The notes under the pieces are model-generated. The model worked only from the letters and a program-made list of their open reading frames with translations, made no database searches and was not told where the DNA came from. This document shows, one piece after another, positions 27,701 through 34,926 of a stretch of DNA of 64,000 nucleotides. Each line of letters opens with the position of its first letter. Positions within the stretch are counted from its first letter, which is position 1. Position numbers and translations under genes: made by a program. The stretch is from Eubacteriales bacterium (GTDB taxonomy: Bacteria > Bacillota > Clostridia > Oscillospirales > CAG-382): assembly GCA_045636665.1 (NCBI GenBank), contig JAZTXY010000086.1, positions 2,974 through 66,973 of the forward strand, given 5' to 3'.

Positions 27701-29370
27701 AGATCGTTTCTATCGTCAAATATCTGTCGGATCTCGCGAACGAAGAAAGTATTTCCGTTCGTCCGCTTTGGTTGCCTCCTATCGCGGCGCGTATTTTTGT
27801 AGATGAGCTTGAGGAAAAGTACGGTACAACCTCTAAGGGTACCACGCTCTGCCCTGTTGTCGGTGAATATGACGATCCGTTCAATCAAAAGCAGGGCGTC
27901 TTGACTGTTCCGTTTTCTGCAGAGGGCAACTGCCTCGTGTATGGTGCTACCGGTAATGGTAAAACCACAATGCTCACTACAATTGCATATTCGCTAATTA
28001 AAAATCATACAGCGGACGAGCTTAACCTTTACATTATGGACTATGGCTCAGAAACGTTGAAGGTTTTCGAAAAAGCTCCTCAGGTGGGCGGCTTTATGGC
28101 TTCCTCGGACACGGAAAAGACTATTAACTTCTTCAAAATGCTACACAAAGAGATTGAATACCGTAAGAATCTTTTCTCCGAATACGGCGGCGATTATGCG
28201 GGTTATTGCAAGAACAGCGGCAAGACAATTCCCAATATAGTTGTTCTTATCAATAATTACGCCGGCTTTGCAGAGCAGTATGAGGACCTGATCGAGTCGT
28301 TTGCTCTATTGACAAGAGACGGCGTAAAGTACGGCATTTACTTTGTTGTGACAGCAAGTAATACCAATGCTATCCGTTACGTTATTGCTCAGAACTTTAA
28401 AATGACGATGACTATGCAGCTTAATGACGAATCCGATTATGCTGTAGTTGTCGGCAAAACCGACGGATTGGTTCCCTCAAAGTATAAAGGCAGAGGCCTT
28501 GTTGCCCTTGACAGAGTGTATGAGTTCCAAACCGCAAATTGTAGCGATGCAGAAGATACGTTTGATTTCCTTAGCCGTTATTGTGCGGGACTTAGGGAAA
28601 AGGCAACGTCTTTTGCAAGAAGGATACCCATTCTTCCCAATATTGTTAAGCTTGCCGATGTAGAAAGCAATCTGTCGGATCTTAAGAGCGTTCCTGTTGG
28701 TATCGGCAAAAAATCGCTCAATGCAGCAACCTGCAATATATTCGGCAAAGTTGCGATTCCCGTGGCTGCTCAAGAAATACATCAGACTGCAAGCTTTATG
28801 GAAGAGTGGCTCACGGTGCTTAGCAAGCTGACGAGAGTTGTTTACGTTGACGCTGAGCAAATTCTTAATGCGGATAAGATTTCAGGCGCAGAGCTTGTAA
28901 GTGATAGCTATGAGGCATACGTTCATACGTTGTTTGCCGAAATGGTGAACCGTAACAACACGTATAAAGAGGCTAATCTCGACGTAGAGTCGCTTGAATC
29001 CTTTGAACGCAGAGTTATCGTTCTTGTCGGTTACAAGAGATTTTTCAGCAAGCTAACACCGGACGGTCAGGAAAAGATGCGTCTTGTCCTCTTGAAGGCA
29101 GAATCGATCTACAAGCTTCACTTTGTTATTGTAGATGCAGTTTCCGATTTTGGATCCTACAATTATGACGACTGGTTTAAGCGTCAAATCACGGGTGCGG
29201 ACGGAATTTGGGTCGGCGACGGAATTGCGGATCAGTATATGCTCAAGATAAACAAGATTACAAACGAGCTGTATGAGGAAATCGGCGACGAATACGGTTA
29301 CGTGCTTAACAGAAACAAGCCTACGCTCGTGAAGTTGCTTTCTTCTGTGGAGGAGGATGAAGAGTCGTGA
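24787..29370 (+). CDS. essC: EssC/YukB-like FtsK/SpoIIIE-family T7SS ATPase with an N-terminal FHA domain
   Basis: FHA motif LTIGRNN...VSGNHAQL...STNGTYVNG. Two TM helices follow (LALMLGPSITMGMT..., LPTLLMSVSMLLGTVLWPVL). P-loops GMTGSGKSEF (with FIISDEFAELK Walker B) and GATGNGKTTM, plus a degenerate third domain. Start is TTG 24787, 6 nt after aagggtg; the ORF-track GTG 24778 is an alternative. Confidence 0.9.
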   Translation: MVVNLIKAKQLFSLTLPDKIKGQYWLSDFDDAGEYRKLISIEAVDGKWVVKSNKCVSVLDAQNKVVAQAVIEPMSFLSIKYYNSDERIILYAEALEQSRQSFSKIVMLEPGTLTIGRNNSNNLFFANKFVSGNHAQLTFDGNNWAIYDRQSTNGTYVNGYRVEATNLCPGDMIYIMGLKIVIGSNYFAINNPDGLLTLQANNLANYHPQIVEHIEREYETPEDKHFFRSPRFYREIEHAVIKIDPPPQIQKQETVPLALMLGPSITMGMTSMSTAILSVSNVINNGGDISQALPTLLMSVSMLLGTVLWPVLTKKYEKKQRIKNEQKRQKKYLAYLDEVRDEIKQKCKEQSDILAENFVDPNECASRIYEEKANLWERTNTHSDFLSLRLGLGDLPLDAEVTCPEKKFTMDEDNLQDAMLSLGNEPKVLKNVPISISLIEDFISGVYGEKSEIVNFIKMLLLQIVTLHSYDELKVVLIADNSTGCWDFARFIPHFWDDEKKMRFIATTPDEVKELSAYIENNILSRGDKENRDFSEFSPYYVIVVADKALSESSEALGQLLKFKGNSGCSLIYGAGELKDLPKEVSSVMYVGGNKSCIFDRADTSGNTIPFIPDTVNESVIDNIAEKLANIELDLAGQRFALPNMITFMEMFNVGKIEHLNCLTRWKENNPTKTLQTPVGVDSYGGTFSLDLHEKFHGPHGLVAGMTGSGKSEFIITYILSLAVNYHPDEVAFILIDYKGGGLTGAFEDDERGIKLPHLAGTITNLDGAAVKRSLISIQSELRRRQAIFNEARKISNEGTMDIYKYQQLYRDKVVSEPLPHLFIISDEFAELKTQQPEFMEQLISAARIGRSLGVHLILATQKPSGVVDDQIWSNSKFRVCLKVQEKADSQDMIKCPDAAELSQTGRFYLQVGFNELFALGQSAWCGAEYIPTDTVEKSVDNSIQIVDTLGHVLMNVKPAKKVTNTGKKVKQIVSIVKYLSDLANEESISVRPLWLPPIAARIFVDELEEKYGTTSKGTTLCPVVGEYDDPFNQKQGVLTVPFSAEGNCLVYGATGNGKTTMLTTIAYSLIKNHTADELNLYIMDYGSETLKVFEKAPQVGGFMASSDTEKTINFFKMLHKEIEYRKNLFSEYGGDYAGYCKNSGKTIPNIVVLINNYAGFAEQYEDLIESFALLTRDGVKYGIYFVVTASNTNAIRYVIAQNFKMTMTMQLNDESDYAVVVGKTDGLVPSKYKGRGLVALDRVYEFQTANCSDAEDTFDFLSRYCAGLREKATSFARRIPILPNIVKLADVESNLSDLKSVPVGIGKKSLNAATCNIFGKVAIPVAAQEIHQTASFMEEWLTVLSKLTRVVYVDAEQILNADKISGAELVSDSYEAYVHTLFAEMVNRNNTYKEANLDVESLESFERRVIVLVGYKRFFSKLTPDGQEKMRLVLLKAESIYKLHFVIVDAVSDFGSYNYDDWFKRQITGADGIWVGDGIADQYMLKINKITNELYEEIGDEYGYVLNRNKPTLVKLLSSVEEDEES

Positions 29371-29618
29371 AAAAGGTATTAGTTGAGGTATATGTGCCTG
29401 TTATTGATGCTCGATATGACGTCTTCGTTCCGAGCACGTCACAAGTATCTGAAATTTTAGAGCTTTTGAAAAAAGCAGTTGCAGAGCTTTCGGGCGGACG
29501 TTTTACTCCGTCAAGTGAAACTGCACTGTGCTACCGCGAAAGCGGAGCAATCATCAACGTTAACATGACGGTTTGTGAGCTGGGTATACACAACGGCTCA
29601 AAGCTCATGTTGATATAA
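29367..29618 (+). CDS. esaB: YukD/EsaB-family ubiquitin-like (beta-grasp) T7SS protein
   Basis: 83 aa. KVLVEVYVPVIDARYDVFVPSTSQVSEILELL...GSKLMLI fits the YukD pattern. GTGA overlap with the essC stop, and RBS gaggagga upstream. Confidence 0.8.
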   Translation: MKKVLVEVYVPVIDARYDVFVPSTSQVSEILELLKKAVAELSGGRFTPSSETALCYRESGAIINVNMTVCELGIHNGSKLMLI

Positions 29619-29638
29619 AAAATAAGGAGGTCATGAAA

Positions 29639-29941
29639 ATGGCAAGAAACATCGAGGTAACACCCGAACAATTGGAATCTACAGCCGGAAGAATCGAGGG
29701 TTTAGCTGCTGATTACAAAACACAGTATGATCAGCTTTACAGCGAAACCAATGCGATGGCTTCTACTTGGAACGGTAAGGACAATTTGGCATTTACCGAT
29801 CAGATCGCAGGCTTCAAGGATGACTTTGAAAAGATGCATAATCTTATGATTCAGTATGCTGATTTTCTCAGAAAGAGCGCGAAAGCATACCGTGACACTC
29901 AGGATACTGTAGTTGCTGAAGCAAAGAAGTTGGTAAACTAA
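29639..29941 (+). CDS. esxA: WXG100-family protein (EsxA-like)
   Basis: About 100 aa, helix-turn-helix length, W-N-G motif (MASTWNGKDNLAF). RBS aaggagg lies 8 nt upstream of ATG 29639; the ORF-track ATG 29633 is only 2 nt from the RBS. Confidence 0.85.
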   Translation: MARNIEVTPEQLESTAGRIEGLAADYKTQYDQLYSETNAMASTWNGKDNLAFTDQIAGFKDDFEKMHNLMIQYADFLRKSAKAYRDTQDTVVAEAKKLVN

Positions 29942-29958
29942 TAGGGAGGAAATGAAAA

Positions 29959-30258
29959 ATGGCTGATAGCATTAAGATTTCAACACAGGTTCTTACAGAT
30001 ACTGCTCAAAAGGTCCGTAACTGCAATAATGCAATGGACGCAAAGCTTGCAGATATCAATAAAAATATGAATGATCTGGAAGCAACCTGGAAAAGCGATG
30101 CAGCAAATGACATTCGTGCTGCTATGAACGCACTCAAACCTAAGTTTGAACAATACAAGAATGTAATCGAATCCTACGCAAAGTTCCTCGTAAATACTGC
30201 TCAGAGCTACGAATCTACCGAAAGTGCTGTGCAGACTAACGCAAGCGCATTCAAATAA
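29959..30258 (+). CDS. WXG100-superfamily partner protein (EsxB-like; WKS instead of WXG)
   Basis: 99 aa with the same helical-hairpin length. The central motif is LEATWKSDAAN. The C-terminal YESTE gives a YxxxE pattern. RBS gggagga upstream. Confidence 0.7.
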   Translation: MADSIKISTQVLTDTAQKVRNCNNAMDAKLADINKNMNDLEATWKSDAANDIRAAMNALKPKFEQYKNVIESYAKFLVNTAQSYESTESAVQTNASAFK

Positions 30259-30271
30259 TGTTATGTTTTGT

Positions 30272-30296
30272 AGGTGGGTGTACAGAACACCCACCT
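30272..30296 (+). terminator. Short GC-rich hairpin after the WXG100 pair (possible partial terminator)
   Basis: aggtgggtg / cacccacct with 7-nt loop tacagaa. No U-tract. Confidence 0.3.
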
Positions 30297-30413
30297 GCCT
30301 AAAATTGAAAACAATGGGCGAGAAGGCCTTTTATATAAGTCTTGTTTAAGCGAGAAAGCATAATAAAACATACGATTGTAGTATTTTAGAATTTTAAAAT
30401 TTGAGGTGAAGAA

Positions 30414-32735
30414 ATGAAAAACTTCAAACGCGCATTATGTATGGTCTTGTCTTTGTTTTTTGTGTTACAACTGTTTGTCGGATGTTCTTCCGAGCAGACG
30501 GACGAAACCATCTATTTGACAAAAGGCGAGTTTTTTGCTTACTTTGTATACGAAAATGAGATGTCCTCAGAAAAGTATACAGCAGAAGAAATTTTTAACT
30601 CCTATGACGGTGCTATAGAAGCAGATGTAATTGTGGAGTGGGGATATCTTCCTGAAGAATTAGCGAAAAATGATTTAGAAGATCCTGTGACCAAAGAAAT
30701 TGTGGTAATGGCTTGTGCGAACTCGACTTTCGAATTGAAGAAGGGTAACACTGCCGATATTAAGGATGCGGGCTTATTGGAGAATCCGCAACTTATTGCC
30801 GATGCCTATGCCAGTGGATTTTTTGAACTGGAAAACGGGTATTTTGACGGTGCAGAAAAAATGTCCTTTGCTGATTGCGAAAAGGTGATGGAGAAGGCGA
30901 AGGAGTATATGGCCGGTTTCCATTACGAAGCAAACAAGGAAATCACAGAAATTGCTGAAGGGGTGCTCGAACAGGACACCACCGACTATAAAGAGGGCGA
31001 TATTGTTATCGAAATTATTCCGGCGGATGCACAGGAAGAGAAATCGATTGCCAGCACAGGAAATGCAGAGCTAAAACCTTCGACAATGGCATCGGTTGAT
31101 TCTGTTGAGAAATCTACGATTAATTTAGCGAATGGGGCTCCTGATTTGGGTTTGGGAAACCAAGGTACTGGTTTGCCCACACAGACACCTAAAGGGTTTA
31201 TCGCTACTATTGCCAAAAAAACTTTCGAAAAACAATTGGGTAATCCCAAACTTGGTGACGTCGTTGTAGTAAAGGCGTTCGAAATCATTGGTCAGCCTAT
31301 AACTCAAACCGGTGAGGTTATGGGCATTCTGATGGAGAAAAAGTTGATTGGAGATAAGTACACTTGCATCTTTGAATATCCTGCAAGTTTTGAACAAGCG
31401 GTTGAAAAGAAAAATGTGAAGCAGGGCAATGGTTCTGGTATTGATAAGGCAACCTTTGTAGAAGAAAAAACCGAGGTAGCGGGATGGTCATTAGAGTTTG
31501 ACGTGACCGGAAGTTCCATTAAAGTATCTGCTAAAAAAGACTTCAAGTCCTACGAAACCGGAAGAAAACAGGATTGGCAGAATGCTACAAAAACTGTTAC
31601 GGCAACTGCAGACCTGGAAATGAGCAATTTCAATCTTGACGTAAAAAATCTAAAGAGTTTTGCGAATAAAAAGGGTACTGGATTCATCAAGGTTACTTGC
31701 GATACAAATACAGGATTTTCACTAAGCCAAAGCTTGCGGTATACACCGGACAGTAATAGGAATGGCAAGTTCCCATCCAACTGGAGCAATTCAAGGTGGA
31801 CAGATTCGGACGCTAAGGGCGCAAAAACTATCAAGATTGCAAGATTTAGCCCGACACTATATGGTGTGGTCACCATTGATGTGTATGTTTACATGCTGAT
31901 TACAGTGGACGGAAAAGTATCGTTCACAACGTCTATTGATGATGGCGGTGTAATGATCAGCGCTAAAGAGGGAAAGATCAGCACCCAAAAATTGGGCAAA
32001 AAGACTTCGGAATTTAGTGCCAACGTCAATTTGCGTACGCGCTTTGGTGTAGAAGCATCTTTAAAGATTTTTACTTTTATTAAGGTTGTTACTTACGATG
32101 TAGGCGCAAATTTGGATTTGCACGCTCAAGTAGATCTGTACTACGAAGATGTTTTAAGCAAGTCTGGTGTGTATGCGGATGAAGAGGGCCTTAACGAATA
32201 CAAGGAAGATGATGGAAAATTCAGTTATTGTATCGACGCTATGTTGGAACTTAGTGTCAGCGGTGAAATGAAGTCATCCGGTGTCAAGATGATCCTAGAC
32301 TATGTGAATAAGGGTAGTAGCCTTGACTTTGAACACAAAATTTGGAGTGCAGGGCTCCATTTCGAAAACGGTGCTTTTATTGATAAGTGTACTCACGGCG
32401 ACGAAAACGAGGAAGAAAAACTGGAAGAAACTGATGACGACGTAGAGTTAAGTGCGTACAAAATCTCCATGTGCGACAACACGTGTGTCGAAGTGTTGTT
32501 AAAGGCGATTCCTTCCGAAACGGCAAATCTGATGGATTCCAAAAATTCTATCACCGTAAAGAGTAAGAACAATAAAGTTGTAAAGGCCACATATAATAAA
32601 AAACGCAAAGCAATTATCTTAGAAGCTGCAGGCGAAGGTAGTACAGAAATCGTAATTACTGCCAAGAAGGGTCACCTTTGGTGGAAGAAGACGGCTACTC
32701 AAGAAATTTCTGTTACTGTAACTTCTTCAAATTGA
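30414..32735 (+). CDS. Large lipoprotein of unknown function with a C-terminal Big_2-like Ig domain
   Basis: Signal peptide plus lipobox LFVGC/SSEQ. The C-terminal ITVKSKNNKVVKATYNKKRKAIILEAAGEGSTEIVITAKKG resembles Big_2. The central beta-rich region was not recognised. Confidence 0.6.
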   Translation: MKNFKRALCMVLSLFFVLQLFVGCSSEQTDETIYLTKGEFFAYFVYENEMSSEKYTAEEIFNSYDGAIEADVIVEWGYLPEELAKNDLEDPVTKEIVVMACANSTFELKKGNTADIKDAGLLENPQLIADAYASGFFELENGYFDGAEKMSFADCEKVMEKAKEYMAGFHYEANKEITEIAEGVLEQDTTDYKEGDIVIEIIPADAQEEKSIASTGNAELKPSTMASVDSVEKSTINLANGAPDLGLGNQGTGLPTQTPKGFIATIAKKTFEKQLGNPKLGDVVVVKAFEIIGQPITQTGEVMGILMEKKLIGDKYTCIFEYPASFEQAVEKKNVKQGNGSGIDKATFVEEKTEVAGWSLEFDVTGSSIKVSAKKDFKSYETGRKQDWQNATKTVTATADLEMSNFNLDVKNLKSFANKKGTGFIKVTCDTNTGFSLSQSLRYTPDSNRNGKFPSNWSNSRWTDSDAKGAKTIKIARFSPTLYGVVTIDVYVYMLITVDGKVSFTTSIDDGGVMISAKEGKISTQKLGKKTSEFSANVNLRTRFGVEASLKIFTFIKVVTYDVGANLDLHAQVDLYYEDVLSKSGVYADEEGLNEYKEDDGKFSYCIDAMLELSVSGEMKSSGVKMILDYVNKGSSLDFEHKIWSAGLHFENGAFIDKCTHGDENEEEKLEETDDDVELSAYKISMCDNTCVEVLLKAIPSETANLMDSKNSITVKSKNNKVVKATYNKKRKAIILEAAGEGSTEIVITAKKGHLWWKKTATQEISVTVTSSN

Positions 32736-32772
32736 ACAGTAAGCAATACTGATTTCATCACACCTAATTAAG

Positions 32773-32792
32773 TTGCAATAATTCAATTGCAA
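32773..32792. repeat. Inverted repeat TTGCAAT-N6-ATTGCAA upstream of the third WXG-like gene (operator or small hairpin)
   Basis: 7-bp perfect arms at 32773-32779 and 32786-32792. Confidence 0.3.
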
Positions 32793-32825
32793 AATTTAAT
32801 TTGTGCTATTAGAGGAGGTGTTCCT

Positions 32826-33419
32826 ATGGCTATAAACGTGAGTGCAGCAAACAACCAAGCAAATCAGTTGAATGACAATGTTTCCAAATTGTTTGATGCA
32901 AAAAAGCAAATGCAAGTATACAGAGCTTCGCTTTCTGCTAATTGGCAGGGCAAGGAAGTTACTTATATATTAGATGCTATTGATAAGGTTATTTGGGATA
33001 TTGACAGCGCCATAAGAAGCTTAGAGTCTTTGAGCAATGACATAAAGTCCGTTGCCGCGCAGATCAAACGCGAAGAGGATGAGGCTGCAGCGCGCGCTGC
33101 AGCAGAACAACGCGCCGCAGAACAACGTTCGGTGGCAAGTCACAGTGCTGCGGCAAACGCTACGGTAGCACAAACAACGCAGGCAAGCTCCGCTAAACAG
33201 CAAAAAATCAATGCGGCACAAAGCGCTTACGATAACGCAAAGAAAGAATTAGACAAATTATACGATCAAAGGGATAAGCTTAATGATAAAATCAGCAAAG
33301 CCAACATTTTCAAAAAACTTACCTATTTAGATGATTCAACTGCTTTAGAAAAAGCTATAAATGCGGCAGAAGACAACGTTAAAAAGGCACAAAATGCATT
33401 AAAGGCGGCTAAGAAATAA
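32826..33419 (+). CDS. WXG100-like N-domain fused to an Ala/Gln-rich segment and a coiled-coil C-terminal extension
   Basis: SLSANWQGKEVTYILD carries a W-Q-G motif at the usual position of about 40 aa. An AAARAAAEQRAAEQR low-complexity stretch and a heptad-like K/A/D-rich tail follow. ATG 32826 sits 8 nt after gaggagg; the ORF-track TTG 32787 was rejected. Confidence 0.65.
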   Translation: MAINVSAANNQANQLNDNVSKLFDAKKQMQVYRASLSANWQGKEVTYILDAIDKVIWDIDSAIRSLESLSNDIKSVAAQIKREEDEAAARAAAEQRAAEQRSVASHSAAANATVAQTTQASSAKQQKINAAQSAYDNAKKELDKLYDQRDKLNDKISKANIFKKLTYLDDSTALEKAINAAEDNVKKAQNALKAAKK

Positions 33420-33421
33420 CT

Positions 33422-34585
33422 ATGAGTAAGTTTAAGATAGAGCGTGATGCCGGTCAGAGCTTCTTAGTTATCCAAGGGCAAAAGGGTCAACAAATCAGCG
33501 AACGGGAATATTATGCGATAAGCACAGGTCAGATTCCCGGTTTGTTGCGCGCCAATCTTGTTCGTAAAGGTAACACGTTTAAGCTGGTCTATAATATTTC
33601 CGGTTGCATTTCGCTAAGAGAATTTTTGCTTAATCCGTTGAATAAGCAATCTTTTGCAACTTTGCTGAATAACATACTCAATAATCTCAAGGCGTTGCAG
33701 AGAGCGTATTATAACTATCAGTTTATTCTGATGGATATGAATGCCGCAATGGTCAACCCGGCCTCGCAGCAGGTGAGTTTTGTGTACGTTCCCATAACCT
33801 TTTATGAAAGCGGCACAAACCTTAAGGAGTTTTTGCTTAGTATTATTCAGTGCTGTTCGTTTGCACCCGGTGAAAATACGGAATATGTTAGAGAATACAT
33901 AAGAATTCTTAACACGGGTATCAATTTTTCGGTGTTCGATCTTGAGGAGTATATCAAAAGGATACAGCTTGAAAACCGTGCTAATGACCAAGTGAAAAAG
34001 TGCTCCCGTTGCGGTACGTTGATTCAACCGAATGTAAACTTTTGTTCATCGTGCGGAATGAAGCTATCGGGGATTACTCTTGATAGCGCCTATGGCACCT
34101 ACGATCCTGCAAAGGTCGTTATAAGACCGAAGCAACAATCCGAACCGGTGCAACAGCCTATGCGTATGCAGCCTACGCAAGAATCGGGAATGAGCAATGT
34201 GAACGGAGCAAACGGAAACCGTTATTCCGAAACGGTTTCGCACAGTATTTCCGGTATCCCTCAATCCGAACCGATTATGCAGAACCCGAAAAATGCATAT
34301 ATTACACGTTGCAGAACCGGAGAGCGTATTGCAATCATGTCGTCTCAGCTACGTGTTGGCAAGGATCCGCACAACTGTGAATATTGTATTGCCGATAATT
34401 CTGCAATCAGCAGATGCCATGTAGTCATCAAGCACATGAACGGAAAATGGTATATTAACGATTTGAATTCCACTAACAAAACTTATATCAGCGATAGAGC
34501 GATACCCCCTTATACGGATATCGAGCTGTTTGACGGTTTGAGTATTAAATTAGCAAATGAGAACTTTATTTTCAATTTGTATTGA
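33422..34585 (+). CDS. Cytoplasmic FHA-domain protein with a central zinc ribbon; paralogue of 22988-24712
   Basis: Zinc ribbon CSRCGTLIQPNVNFCSSCG. C-terminal FHA motif LRVGKDPHNCEYCIADNSAISRCHVVI...STNKTYISD. The N-domain aligns by eye with the 22988 product (KLVYNISGCISLREFL vs LKYNISAKVTAEQFF; VSFVYVPI vs AMICVPV). Confidence 0.8.
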   Translation: MSKFKIERDAGQSFLVIQGQKGQQISEREYYAISTGQIPGLLRANLVRKGNTFKLVYNISGCISLREFLLNPLNKQSFATLLNNILNNLKALQRAYYNYQFILMDMNAAMVNPASQQVSFVYVPITFYESGTNLKEFLLSIIQCCSFAPGENTEYVREYIRILNTGINFSVFDLEEYIKRIQLENRANDQVKKCSRCGTLIQPNVNFCSSCGMKLSGITLDSAYGTYDPAKVVIRPKQQSEPVQQPMRMQPTQESGMSNVNGANGNRYSETVSHSISGIPQSEPIMQNPKNAYITRCRTGERIAIMSSQLRVGKDPHNCEYCIADNSAISRCHVVIKHMNGKWYINDLNSTNKTYISDRAIPPYTDIELFDGLSIKLANENFIFNLY

Positions 34586-34600
34586 TTAGGAGATGGTATT

Positions 34601-34894
34601 ATGTATCCTGAGTTTATAGCAATTTACGTTATGCTGGCGGTAGTGATTGTTTTGCTGTTTGTGGCAATATTCTTCTTGCTTAAGCTGTTGAAGAATGGGC
34701 CTTCAAAGAGCGGTTCATACGTAGATATGCAACAAAATAACGCTTATTACGGTCAGCAGTATCAGCAACAGTATCAACAACCGTATCAGCAACAGTATCA
34801 GCAGCAATCGGGCGGTGTGGTTTTCTGTAAGCACTGTGCCACACAGTTTGATGCATCACAGGCGTATTGTCCTCAGTGCGGAACAAGAAGATGA
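34601..34894 (+). CDS. Small bitopic membrane protein: TM helix, Gln/Tyr-rich repeat, C-terminal zinc ribbon
   Basis: TM helix FIAIYVMLAVVIVLLFVAIFFLL. QQYQQQYQQPYQQQYQQQ is encoded by a 12-bp tandem repeat at about 34754-34808. Zinc ribbon CKHCATQFDASQAYCPQCG. Confidence 0.6.
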   Translation: MYPEFIAIYVMLAVVIVLLFVAIFFLLKLLKNGPSKSGSYVDMQQNNAYYGQQYQQQYQQPYQQQYQQQSGGVVFCKHCATQFDASQAYCPQCGTRR

Positions 34895-34926
34895 GCAGCA
34901 ATACTCTTTTTAGGAGGTGATACCGG

